This document shows positions 7,980 to 15,540 of a stretch of DNA of 44,678 nt, one piece after another; within the stretch, counting starts at the first letter, position 1; the number at the start of each line of letters is the position of its first letter. The DNA is taken from positions 1 to 44,678 of IMG/VR virus record IMGVR_UViG_3300037424_001811; one strand, given 5' to 3'. Under the pieces are notes generated by a model, which saw only the letters and a list, made by a program, of their open reading frames with translations, was not told where the DNA came from and searched no databases. The position numbers were made by a program, and so were the translations under genes. The stretch comes from a virus. Its lineage: Duplodnaviria; Caudoviricetes.

Positions 7980-8242
7980 CGTGGTATGCTCTTGATAGCC
8001 CGGTGGGCCGGCACGCGAACCGGCCCACCGGGCGGTAACCCGAGGCTCTCCCCGCCTGGACCGGTATGGGAGGTAGCCCCCCACCGCATACGGGCAGACG
8101 GGGAGAGCGCCGGGTTGGCGGACTGGGCCAATTCCAGGGCGGCCAGGGTCAGCAGGCGAACGAACCGCTCGCGGCTGTTGGCCGGGGCGAGGGTGATGCG
8201 CTGCCGGGCGACGGCGATGGCCTTAGTCAGGTTGTTGCTCAT
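7976..8242 (-). CDS. Hypothetical protein
   Basis: ORF overlapping the Cro-like gene and the membrane gene. Confidence 0.55.
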   Translation of the reverse strand: MSNNLTKAIAVARQRITLAPANSRERFVRLLTLAALELAQSANPALSPSARMRWGATSHTGPGGESLGLPPGGPVRVPAHRAIKSIPR

Positions 8243-8507
8243 GGTTGTTCAGGAAAAATGCAAAGGCCGCTTCGGCTTCGGGGGTGTTGAAGTTGTAGCC
8301 GAGGGCGGCCTGAATGCGCTCGTACATATCAACTTTAATACGGAGCTCGCCGCGTTCGATCTGGTTCACCCAGCCGTGGGTCATTCCGACCATTTCGGCA
8401 AGCTGGCGGGTAGACATGTATCTGGCGAGGCGAGCGAGGCGGATTTTTTTGCCCGGAGGAATGTTATTCGGTATGGGATAATCAAATTTGCTTTTTGAGG
8501 TAATCAT
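8223..8507 (-). CDS. Cro-like XRE helix-turn-helix regulator
   Basis: IRLARLARYMSTRQLAEMVGMTHGWVNQIERGE; divergent from the CI-like gene. Confidence 0.88.
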   Translation of the reverse strand: MITSKSKFDYPIPNNIPPGKKIRLARLARYMSTRQLAEMVGMTHGWVNQIERGELRIKVDMYERIQAALGYNFNTPEAEAAFAFFLNNHEQQPD

Positions 8508-8553
8508 ACTAGCCTTTTTGGGCAAAAAAATATGCAAATAAAATTGCCCTTTC

Positions 8554-8617
8554 AAGATAGCATTATTTGCCTTTGTTGTCAAGGTGTTATAGCCCAATTT
8601 TAAGGTTATTGTATAAT
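8554..8617. promoter_or_regulatory. Divergent lysis/lysogeny switch promoters
   Basis: Minus strand TTGACA(8582-8577)-17-TATCTT(8559-8554) with TG extension; plus strand TATAAT at 8612-8617 just upstream of GTG 8624. Confidence 0.7.
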
Positions 8618-8623
8618 TGTAGA

Positions 8624-8998
8624 GTGGAAAATTTAAGGAAAATTGCCGCAAAACGCATCAAGCAAGCTCGTGAGGTTTCGGGGTTGACTCAGGCGGAATT
8701 GGCCGATCACTTAGGGGTGACCCGTGCTCTTATTACCAGCTTGGAAAATGGCCGCAGCGCCTTAACTATTCATCATTTAGAAGAACTTCCAAAAATTTTA
8801 CATCGACCCATTAGTTATTTTTTGGGCTTAGAATCAGACTGTAATCTCTCTTCCGACGAGGAGGAACTTTTGGCTCTCTACCGCTCCCTTCCCGCCACCG
8901 GGCCTCTGCGCCGTTTCGCCCTGGCGCAGGTACGGGCCTTTGTCGAGGTGGCCAGGGGCGGCGGGGCCGGGGAGGGGGATGATGATTTGATCGAATAG
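8624..8998 (+). CDS. CI-like XRE repressor (no S24 peptidase domain)
   Basis: RIKQAREVSGLTQAELADHLGVTRALITSLENGR...LSSDEEELLALYRSL. Confidence 0.88.
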   Translation: MENLRKIAAKRIKQAREVSGLTQAELADHLGVTRALITSLENGRSALTIHHLEELPKILHRPISYFLGLESDCNLSSDEEELLALYRSLPATGPLRRFALAQVRAFVEVARGGGAGEGDDDLIE

Positions 8999-9162
8999 AT
9001 AATCATCCGGCTCAACCGCCGGATCAATTTTGCACACGGCGTTTGGCATGTGCAGCGTAGACAGGAAAGTTGGGTCATCGGGCCTCTGTTGGAAAAGTTC
9101 AGATATTATTTATACGGGAGATGTTCAAGAAAACTTTATCGGAAATCTTAAAGTTTTGCGAC

Positions 9163-9199
9163 AAAAAACAAAAACCCGCCTTGCGGCGGGCCTTCATTT
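9163..9199 (-). terminator. Intrinsic terminator between convergent operons
   Basis: cccgcc-gcaa-ggcggg followed by TTTTTGTTTTTT on the minus strand. Confidence 0.75.
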
Positions 9200-9253
9200 G
9201 GGCCTGGGGTGCAGTCGGGATTAGATAGGAAGCCCATCAGGGCATTGAAACAA

Positions 9254-9448
9254 CTAATGCTCCGGCACTCCCTGGAGTTGGTCCACCAATTCGTACCAGT
9301 GAAATTGCTTGCCGCAGACCGGGCAATGCGGCTTGCTCTGCTTGATCGTTGGCGTCGTCATCGAGCCCGGGCACCAGGCGACGACCTCGCCCAGCCAGGC
9401 CCCCGGCTGCCGTTTTGTTTTTTTGGGTTTGAGCTTCAGGGCAGCCAT
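9254..9448 (-). CDS. Small zinc-ribbon protein
   Basis: WCPG...HCPVCG...H; GGAGGAG RBS. Confidence 0.6.
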   Translation of the reverse strand: MAALKLKPKKTKRQPGAWLGEVVAWCPGSMTTPTIKQSKPHCPVCGKQFHWYELVDQLQGVPEH

Positions 9449-9732
9449 AGCTCCTCCAATTCCGCCGCCGTGGGCGCGGTGATCGCCGCGTGGCAGCCGT
9501 CGCACAAATCCCAGTCGCCTGCTGTGATCGTCGCCGGCCGGTCGCAACAAACGCAGGTGACGGCGGGCGCGGGCCGGTGGTAAAGGGCGAGGTTGCTCAA
9601 CAGCAGCACCGCCTTGGCCAGGTTGCCGATCTGCGCCACGAGCGGCGCGCCGGCGTTGAACGTGGTGTCGTCGATCTGGGCGTCGAGGCCGCCGATGGTG
9701 GTTAAAAATTGGTCGATGTCTTGCTGGGTCAT
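9436..9732 (-). CDS. Hypothetical protein with C-terminal CxxC...CxxC
   Basis: CVCCDRPA...LCDGCH; GAGGAG RBS. Confidence 0.7.
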   Translation of the reverse strand: MTQQDIDQFLTTIGGLDAQIDDTTFNAGAPLVAQIGNLAKAVLLLSNLALYHRPAPAVTCVCCDRPATITAGDWDLCDGCHAAITAPTAAELEELWLP

Positions 9733-9787
9733 AATTTTACTCCTCTGTTGGATTAGGCAAGGCCGGCCGTGGGGCCGGCCTGGGTGA

Positions 9788-10258
9788 TTAAAATCCCTCC
9801 GCCGCCATTATTGACGCTTCTTCCGGGTCGGTGGTGCCAAAACGGGCGAACATAATCGCCTCAAGCAGGTCGTAAAAAGTGGAGCGTTTGCAGTCTTTGG
9901 CCGAATTGACCACGTGCAGCGCGGCCCATTGAGCCTCGATTAGACAAGTCTCGATGTTATTAATCGAGAATGCCGAGTTTATCACCACGCAATGCGGCGC
10001 GTACTCGCCCGGAAATTCCAGCCGCAAATTGAAGAAGCAAGGATCATCGTAGTTCGCTACCTGAAAAATAGCCTTGATCGTGATCCTCTCCAGGCTGAAA
10101 CCATAATGCGCTTCCAGGATGGTCCGGACCTGCTCTGCGACTGCGTTCTCCTGCCGGGCGATTTTGGCCAGCTGCTCGCGCTGCTGTTGGACGGCCTCCT
10201 CGCGGGCGCGGCGCTTCGCTTCTATTCGGTTTTGAATGGCTTGATCTAAAGTTTGCAT
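9788..10258 (-). CDS. Hypothetical protein with N-terminal coiled coil
   Basis: 156-aa ORF, AAGGAG RBS. Confidence 0.75.
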   Translation of the reverse strand: MQTLDQAIQNRIEAKRRAREEAVQQQREQLAKIARQENAVAEQVRTILEAHYGFSLERITIKAIFQVANYDDPCFFNLRLEFPGEYAPHCVVINSAFSINNIETCLIEAQWAALHVVNSAKDCKRSTFYDLLEAIMFARFGTTDPEEASIMAAEGF

Positions 10259-10287
10259 GATAATCTCCTTGTTGGCTAGGGGGGGCC

Positions 10288-10310
10288 GCCCTTCGACAAG
10301 CTCAGGACAG
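10288..10310 (+). repeat. REP-like short element, copy 2 (intergenic)
   Basis: gcccttcgacaagctcaggacag; inverted near-identical copy at 7158-7180. Confidence 0.7.
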
Positions 10311-10322
10311 CCCCGATTTGAT

Positions 10323-10688
10323 TTAGAGTATCCCCGCCGGGATCGGCTCGGCTTCGTTCCCGTCGCCGCCGAATTTGATCAGTAGCGCGTATTCGACGCC
10401 GTCCTCGCTCTGGCCGGTAGCCCGGCTAAACCAGACCGCCTTGCCGAACTTGCCGGACCCGGCCCGGCGGGTGAAGCGGTGACCACACCACTCGACCTCG
10501 CTCACGCCCTGGCTGTCGCGGGCGATCACGTCCGCGCCAATGATCTCCCACTTGAAGGCGGGGTAATCCCTAAGGGCGCGCCGGTAGCGGGGGCTGACCG
10601 GAGCATTGACCCGGAGCTGGTGGGAAATGGCCCGCATCAGCTCGGTTTGGGCTTTCAATTGAGCCAAAACTTCTTCCTGATAACTCAT
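10323..10688 (-). CDS. DdrB-like single-stranded DNA-binding/annealing protein
   Basis: FKWEIIGA / GHRFTRR / VWFSRA / DGVEYALLIKFGG parallel, in order, the Deinococcus DdrB motifs as recalled (FDWSLIGA / GHAYRRR / IKYSRG / IEYVSLAIFRGG). Confidence 0.62.
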   Translation of the reverse strand: MSYQEEVLAQLKAQTELMRAISHQLRVNAPVSPRYRRALRDYPAFKWEIIGADVIARDSQGVSEVEWCGHRFTRRAGSGKFGKAVWFSRATGQSEDGVEYALLIKFGGDGNEAEPIPAGIL

Positions 10689-10767
10689 TGTCTAAATCCT
10701 TTCCGTTTGCTAATCCCGGCCAACCGCCGGGCGTCCTGAATAACCTTGACAATCCATTTGATAATGC

Positions 10768-11514
10768 TCATCGATGCCCTACCCCCTCCACGTACATCCG
10801 CCGGCCGTCACGCTGCCGGTTGAGCGGATCCGGGGCCAGGGCCAGCTCGTAGGCAGCGGCGCGGGCGGCGTTGCGCTCGCTCCGGTCCACGATCTCGCGC
10901 TGCACCACCTGGTTGAACTCGCGCCCGGCCCGGTACAGGATTTCGTGACAGATCGTATGTTTGCAGGCAATGCCCCACTCGGCCCGGAAACCCCGGTGGA
11001 GAGCGTCGGGGCAGTTACAATCGCGGTTGGGTTTGCCGCCGCCGGCGTATTGGGATGACGTTTGATATTTGGGGAATTCGACCTCGCCCGCCTCGACCAG
11101 GGCCAGGGCGCTGTCGATCCGGCTGCACAGGTGGGGGTATTCCGATTTCAGTAGGGCGGCGATTTGCTCGACCGGGCTGAGCGGCATGGGCAGCGGCTCG
11201 TTCGCTGCGCGGTCCAGTTCGACGGTGTGGACCGTGATCGCTTCCAGGTCGCCGCCGGCGTTGAAGATACCGCCGGCTACGTCCACGATCCAATCGCCGG
11301 GGTTCTGTTTGTCGCGGCGGATGCTCGCGCCGCCGAGCCGGAAAACAGGCACGTGGTCCGTGGGATGGACCTCGTTATTTTGGCAGGTCCAGCCGAGGGA
11401 TTTCAGGGTTTTGTAGGCTTCGTTGGTGGCCAGGGGTTGGCCGGGGTTGAACCGGGCCGGGGAGAGGTCAGAAGATTTGATTTGTTCGCGGATGTGTGCT
11501 AGATTTAATGACAT
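10768..11514 (-). CDS. SWIM zinc-finger protein
   Basis: CNCPD...ACKH motif; AGGAG RBS. Confidence 0.75.
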   Translation of the reverse strand: MSLNLAHIREQIKSSDLSPARFNPGQPLATNEAYKTLKSLGWTCQNNEVHPTDHVPVFRLGGASIRRDKQNPGDWIVDVAGGIFNAGGDLEAITVHTVELDRAANEPLPMPLSPVEQIAALLKSEYPHLCSRIDSALALVEAGEVEFPKYQTSSQYAGGGKPNRDCNCPDALHRGFRAEWGIACKHTICHEILYRAGREFNQVVQREIVDRSERNAARAAAYELALAPDPLNRQRDGRRMYVEGVGHR

Positions 11515-11587
11515 AGTGCGCTCCTGTGAGTGTGCTACTTGGCTTCGCTGGCTATCTTGGCGGATGGGACAGCGGAGCCTTTTTTAT
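11477..11587 (+). ncRNA. Putative cis-antisense sRNA unit to ORF 10768-11514 (promoter + 2 hairpins)
   Basis: TTGATT-17-TAGATT (TG-extended) inside the ORF 5' end; hairpin over RBS/ATG; terminator ggcttcgctg...cagcggagcc + T run. Confidence 0.55.
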
Positions 11588-11602
11588 TACCTTACACCTA
11601 AG

Positions 11603-11690
11603 ATTATAGCAGACTAGTCCGCCATTGTCAAGGTATTAACCTTAAAAAGCAGTAAAGTATCTTGACAATAGAATAATAGTCTGCTATCTT
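11603..11690. promoter_or_regulatory. Back-to-back sigma70 promoters with shared inverted operator-like sequence
   Basis: Minus: TTGACA(11631-26)-17-TATAAT(11608-03); plus: TTGACA(11662-67)-17-TATCTT(11685-90); both read cttgacaat-N7-tagtctgctat. Confidence 0.8.
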
Positions 11691-11717
11691 AAAAGAAACG
11701 TAAGAGGTATATCAATA

Positions 11718-11960
11718 ATGATAGTTAAAATTGATACTGTAGTTTTCTTTAATCTTTGGAAAGATAAAGAAAAAACTTTAAGCCGTCCTCTCACCTTGAG
11801 TGAAGCCTGCGAAATTACAGATTTAGCCCCGGAGACAATTCGAGGTATTAAAGAGGGTAAAACTCTTCGTTTCGATGCGCCGGTGCTGGCTAAATTGTGC
11901 TCATTGCTTGATGTACCACCCGGACCTATTCCTTTTATTGTTTTTAGCGAGGATGAGTGA
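11718..11960 (+). CDS. XRE/Cro-C1 type HTH regulator
   Basis: LTLSEACEITDLAPETIRGIKEGKTLRFDAPVLAKLCSLLDV. Confidence 0.82.
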   Translation: MIVKIDTVVFFNLWKDKEKTLSRPLTLSEACEITDLAPETIRGIKEGKTLRFDAPVLAKLCSLLDVPPGPIPFIVFSEDE

Positions 11961-12757
11961 TGCCTGTTTATTTCATCCAGCAGGGAGAAAGTGGACCTGT
12001 AAAGATAGGCTTTGCAACCAGCGTAGACCAGCGAATAAGGCAACTAAAAACCAGTTCCCCTGCTCCTTTACGCTTACTAGGGGCTATTGAAACCAAAAAG
12101 GAAAATGAAAGATTTATTCATACTCTGTTTGGTAAATTTAGGTTACGTGGCGAGTGGTTTAAGCCAGATAAAAGTATTTTTGAGTTCATCAAAAAATATA
12201 ACTCTTTTCAGTATATTCAATCACCCACACAAAAAGGAAATGGCGACCAATTGGGTTTTGATGATATATTAATTATTCACGCCTCACCTTTGGTTAAAGA
12301 GCTAGATGAAGAATTAGAGCAAAATATTAAGACAGAAAAAGCTCAAACCAAAGATAACTCCAAAACTCACGCGGACTCCCATTGTATAATTTGTGGCAAA
12401 AAAATAGAGTTTGAAACCAGCAGTAAGAAAAAGTATGGTCATTTAAGAAAATATTGTTCCGACGATTGTCGGAAAATTGCCTACTCTAAATCTTTCGTTT
12501 GTAAAAGTTGTGGGAAAGAATTTTTATCTCCAACGCCTAAAAAATATTGTTCTGCGGGTTGTGAGAAAAAAGGAAGCACTGAAGATGTTGCAAATTGTGC
12601 GATTTGTGGCAATTTGTTTAGGCGCATTAATCCTGGTCATATTTACTGTTCTACGGTATGCGCTCAGGTAGCTGTGGCTGTGCGTAACCTAAAAAAAGAA
12701 GGTTGTCCAATCGAGGAAATTAAAGAAAAATTCCTCAAGGCTATAGATAAACTTTAA
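11957..12757 (+). CDS. GIY-YIG-like (T5orf172/MUG113 family) nuclease with C-terminal Cys-rich zinc fingers
   Basis: VYFIQ...VKIGFA...RIRQL...E..IH..F...RLRGEWF; three CxxC...YCSxxC repeats; AT-rich. Confidence 0.82.
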   Translation: MMPVYFIQQGESGPVKIGFATSVDQRIRQLKTSSPAPLRLLGAIETKKENERFIHTLFGKFRLRGEWFKPDKSIFEFIKKYNSFQYIQSPTQKGNGDQLGFDDILIIHASPLVKELDEELEQNIKTEKAQTKDNSKTHADSHCIICGKKIEFETSSKKKYGHLRKYCSDDCRKIAYSKSFVCKSCGKEFLSPTPKKYCSAGCEKKGSTEDVANCAICGNLFRRINPGHIYCSTVCAQVAVAVRNLKKEGCPIEEIKEKFLKAIDKL

Positions 12758-12759
12758 TT

Positions 12760-12871
12760 TAAAACCGCGACGGCGCTGTGTTCGCACCACAGCGCCGTCG
12801 CTAACCAACACAGAAAGGGTGCTTTCCATGTCAGCTAATTCTATTGTAAACTCATATTCCAAAAGTGACAA
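12760..12871 (-). ncRNA. Putative SymR-like antisense sRNA unit to ORF 12828-12986
   Basis: TTGTCA(12871-66)-17-TACAAT(12848-43); 14-bp hairpin over ATG/RBS; perfect 14-bp terminator stem 12767-12801 then GGTTTT. Confidence 0.62.
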
Positions 12872-12986
12872 GGCCATTGTCTTGATGGCCCTCCTGAGGT
12901 ACATCCGTTATTTGCTTCGGGACGGCATCATGACCGCGAGTGATCTGCAGAAGCTCACGGCTAAAGCAGTCGAGAAAGGAGTCTAA
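12828..12986 (+). CDS. Hypothetical protein (52 aa, below ORF-track cutoff)
   Basis: Manual translation MSANSIVNSYSKSDKAIVLMALLRYIRYLLRDGIMTASDLQKLTAKAVEKGV; GAAAGGG RBS; TAATG coupling to next gene. Confidence 0.65.
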   Translation: MSANSIVNSYSKSDKAIVLMALLRYIRYLLRDGIMTASDLQKLTAKAVEKGV

Positions 12987-13222
12987 TGGCAAACTACAAG
13001 CGCAAACGCCGGCATCCGCTGCGGGCCTGCCGGCTGTGCAAATTCCACAAATACACCGGCAATTCAAGGCAATCAATGAAGGCCAAGTATCAGGAACTAC
13101 GTGAGCGTATCGAAGACCTGGAAGACACACTGGAATTACTCACGGCCAAACAGGAAGATGATGAAATTATCCCCTGGGAACAAATCTTCCAAGTAAAAAA
13201 TCTTGGAATTAAAAGGAGCTAA
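12986..13222 (+). CDS. Hypothetical protein; acidic C-terminus resembles antitoxin tails
   Basis: CRLCK motif; ERIEDLEDTLELLTAKQEDDEIIPWEQI. Confidence 0.6.
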   Translation: MANYKRKRRHPLRACRLCKFHKYTGNSRQSMKAKYQELRERIEDLEDTLELLTAKQEDDEIIPWEQIFQVKNLGIKRS

Positions 13223-13224
13223 CC

Positions 13225-13548
13225 GTGACCACTGACCACCCGCCCCTAAAACCCCTCGCGCCCAAACCGCCCGCTGCAACCAAACAATGTCCTTATTGCG
13301 CCGAAACGATTAAGGCTGAAGCGAAGGTCTGCCGCTACTGTAACCGTGATCTAACTACGCCACCGCCGAAGCCGGAAAAGAAAAAAGACCCCGCCATCGG
13401 CCTGGCTGGGCTAATGATTATTTTATTGGGTATAGGTCTAATCTTTGTCGCAGGGGATTATGCCTTTATTCCCTGCTTAACGATGGCTACTGGCGCTGGC
13501 GTCCTTGCCTACGCTCTGGCCACCGGGAATGTGAAGCTGCTCGGCTAA
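13225..13548 (+). CDS. Zinc-ribbon membrane protein
   Basis: KQCPYCAETIKAEAKVCRYC plus two C-terminal TM helices; AAGGAG RBS. Confidence 0.8.
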   Translation: MTTDHPPLKPLAPKPPAATKQCPYCAETIKAEAKVCRYCNRDLTTPPPKPEKKKDPAIGLAGLMIILLGIGLIFVAGDYAFIPCLTMATGAGVLAYALATGNVKLLG

Positions 13549-13571
13549 ACGTCGGAAACTCCGAGGTTTAA

Positions 13572-15161
13572 TTGAAATTTTATGCCTGCTACATTCGCAA
13601 ATCGGTCATCGACGACGAAACCACCAAAAGCCCGGCCCGGCAGCGCGAAAACATCAGCCGGGTTATCCCCCCGGGCTGCGCCGCCCGCTGGTATGAGGAC
13701 CTCGACATATCAGGCCGCTACGAGGCCAAGCGCCCCGGCTGGCTGCGCCTCCTTAGCGACCTTAACGATCCCGACTGCGCCGGCGTCGCCTGCGAAAGCC
13801 TGGATCGTATCTACCGCAATCGCACCGAATTCGGCCTGTTCAAAGCCCGCCTCGAGTCCACCGGCCAGCGGCTCATCATTGCCGACGCTATCGGCATAGA
13901 CGGCTCCACCGCCGCCGGCAACCTATTCCTGGGGATGACCGCCGAGGTGGCCGAATTCGAGAGCCGGGTGGCCTCGGAACGGATGACTGCCACCATCCGC
14001 TACAAACAAGAAATCATCGGCCAGCACTTTGGGCGCTTCCCCTTCGGCTGCGACCGCCACCCTGAAACAAAACTGCTCATTCCTTCTACCCTGTCCTACT
14101 GGCTCGATCCCCTCACCGGCGAAGCCGGACCGCTCCCTGACCCCCAATCCCCGCCCCCCGGTTGTGAGTGCCGCTATTATTTCGATGCCTTACGCACGCT
14201 CTACGACCTATATACCGGCGGTGAAATGGCCTGCGCCGCCGTCGCCAAGTCCCTGAACACAGGCGGCTGGCGGCACTGGGGCAAGCGGCGCCAATCCCCC
14301 CAGCTTTTCTATTACGACCTGGTCCGCGACATCCTCCGTTTGTGGCCGCTCTACGCCGGCGGGTTGCCCCCGGCGCGAACCAAGCGCAGCCCCCGCCGCG
14401 TTGCCTTACCCGGCGGCCACGGTCCCATTTTGCCGGTCGAACTTTGCCGGCAGGTGGGGGAAGTGATGGAACGCCGGGCGCGGCATCGCACCGTCACCCG
14501 CCGGGGCAATCACATCTACCTCCTCACCGGCCTGCTGTACTGCGGTGAGTGTGGCGAGATTATGACCGGTCAAACTTACCACGGCAATGGCCGGACCTAT
14601 TACTACTACCGGCATCGTTACTCCAAACTATCATGTAGCCAGTCGATGATTGAAACCGGCAAGCTGGACGATCAAATCCTGGACGTTTTACGCTCCTTCA
14701 ACGAGCGGCTGCTGCCAGAAATCGAGGCAGAGCTAACGGCCCTCCTGGAGCAAACCAGCACGGAGCCGGATACAGCCATTGTCCAACTACAAACAAAAAA
14801 GGCCGAACAGGAGCGCCTCATTGACGCCTACCAGTCCGGCCTCATCACCCGCGAGCAGTTCGCCAGCCGCCAGGCCCCGCTCCAGGCCCATATCGAGCAA
14901 CTGGAAGCGGAAACAGCCGCCACGCCGGCGCACAACGCCGCCAAAATTCAGGAACTACTCCCCATCCTCATGGGCCAACTTTCCCATCTAGAAAAAGCCG
15001 ACTCATATCTACTTAAGGAAATTGTGTATAATTTATTTGAGCGGTTAGAAGTCCGTGACAACCAAATCGCCAACTTTTTCCCCCGGCCCTGGGCCGCCTC
15101 GATTTTGTGTATAGATGGGGTTAAAGTAAGGTTTACGCCTCAGTATACAAATCACTCGTGA
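13572..15161 (+). CDS. Large serine recombinase (integrase)
   Basis: YIRKS catalytic Ser, DLDISG...RPG, LDRIYRN, recombinase domain, LLTGLLYCGECG zinc ribbon, coiled coil. Confidence 0.95.
   Translation: MKFYACYIRKSVIDDETTKSPARQRENISRVIPPGCAARWYEDLDISGRYEAKRPGWLRLLSDLNDPDCAGVACESLDRIYRNRTEFGLFKARLESTGQRLIIADAIGIDGSTAAGNLFLGMTAEVAEFESRVASERMTATIRYKQEIIGQHFGRFPFGCDRHPETKLLIPSTLSYWLDPLTGEAGPLPDPQSPPPGCECRYYFDALRTLYDLYTGGEMACAAVAKSLNTGGWRHWGKRRQSPQLFYYDLVRDILRLWPLYAGGLPPARTKRSPRRVALPGGHGPILPVELCRQVGEVMERRARHRTVTRRGNHIYLLTGLLYCGECGEIMTGQTYHGNGRTYYYYRHRYSKLSCSQSMIETGKLDDQILDVLRSFNERLLPEIEAELTALLEQTSTEPDTAIVQLQTKKAEQERLIDAYQSGLITREQFASRQAPLQAHIEQLEAETAATPAHNAAKIQELLPILMGQLSHLEKADSYLLKEIVYNLFERLEVRDNQIANFFPRPWAASILCIDGVKVRFTPQYTNHS
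15101..15153. other. Candidate attP (imperfect inverted repeat around central AA 15128-15129)
   Basis: tgtata...taaa gt AA gg ttta...tataca symmetric about 15128/15129; AT-rich; in integrase 3' end. Confidence 0.45.
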
Positions 15162-15170
15162 TTTTTGGCC

Positions 15171-15533
15171 TTACCCCATCCCCTTTAACTTCCCCTTAAT
15201 CGCATCATCAATCATCCCCGCCGTGCGCGGCGTCAAACCGGCCCGTTGCCTCAAAATGTTGATTTCGTCCAATATCACCAGAGCGCAAGCCTTAACCACC
15301 CGTTTTAGATTTAACTCGTACAGGTCCACTACTCGCCCCCCGGCCTGTGCCGCCGCGAACAGTTCGGCTTCACGTGCATTGAGGATAGCTTGTAAATCAC
15401 CTTCCAGCGGCAGGCCGCCGACTGACCATAGATAGGATTGACCGCCGCCGTTGCTGATGATAATTTCACAGGCCCGGCTAACTATCTGCCCCTCCGGGTT
15501 ACGAACCATAAACGTATTGACGATTTCAATCAT
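15171..15533 (-). CDS. Hypothetical protein (possible tail-fibre assembly/accessory)
   Basis: Directly downstream of the tail fibre gene; GAGGA RBS. Confidence 0.65.
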   Translation of the reverse strand: MIEIVNTFMVRNPEGQIVSRACEIIISNGGGQSYLWSVGGLPLEGDLQAILNAREAELFAAAQAGGRVVDLYELNLKRVVKACALVILDEINILRQRAGLTPRTAGMIDDAIKGKLKGMG

Positions 15534-15540
15534 AAATCCT

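Noticed and set aside
9512-9521. 10-nt match (cagtcgcctg) to spacer 40700-40731
   Set aside because: Too short to be a protospacer; expected by chance
12986-13222. Type II toxin-antitoxin pair
   Set aside because: Only an antitoxin-like acidic tail; no RelE/ParE-type toxin adjacent
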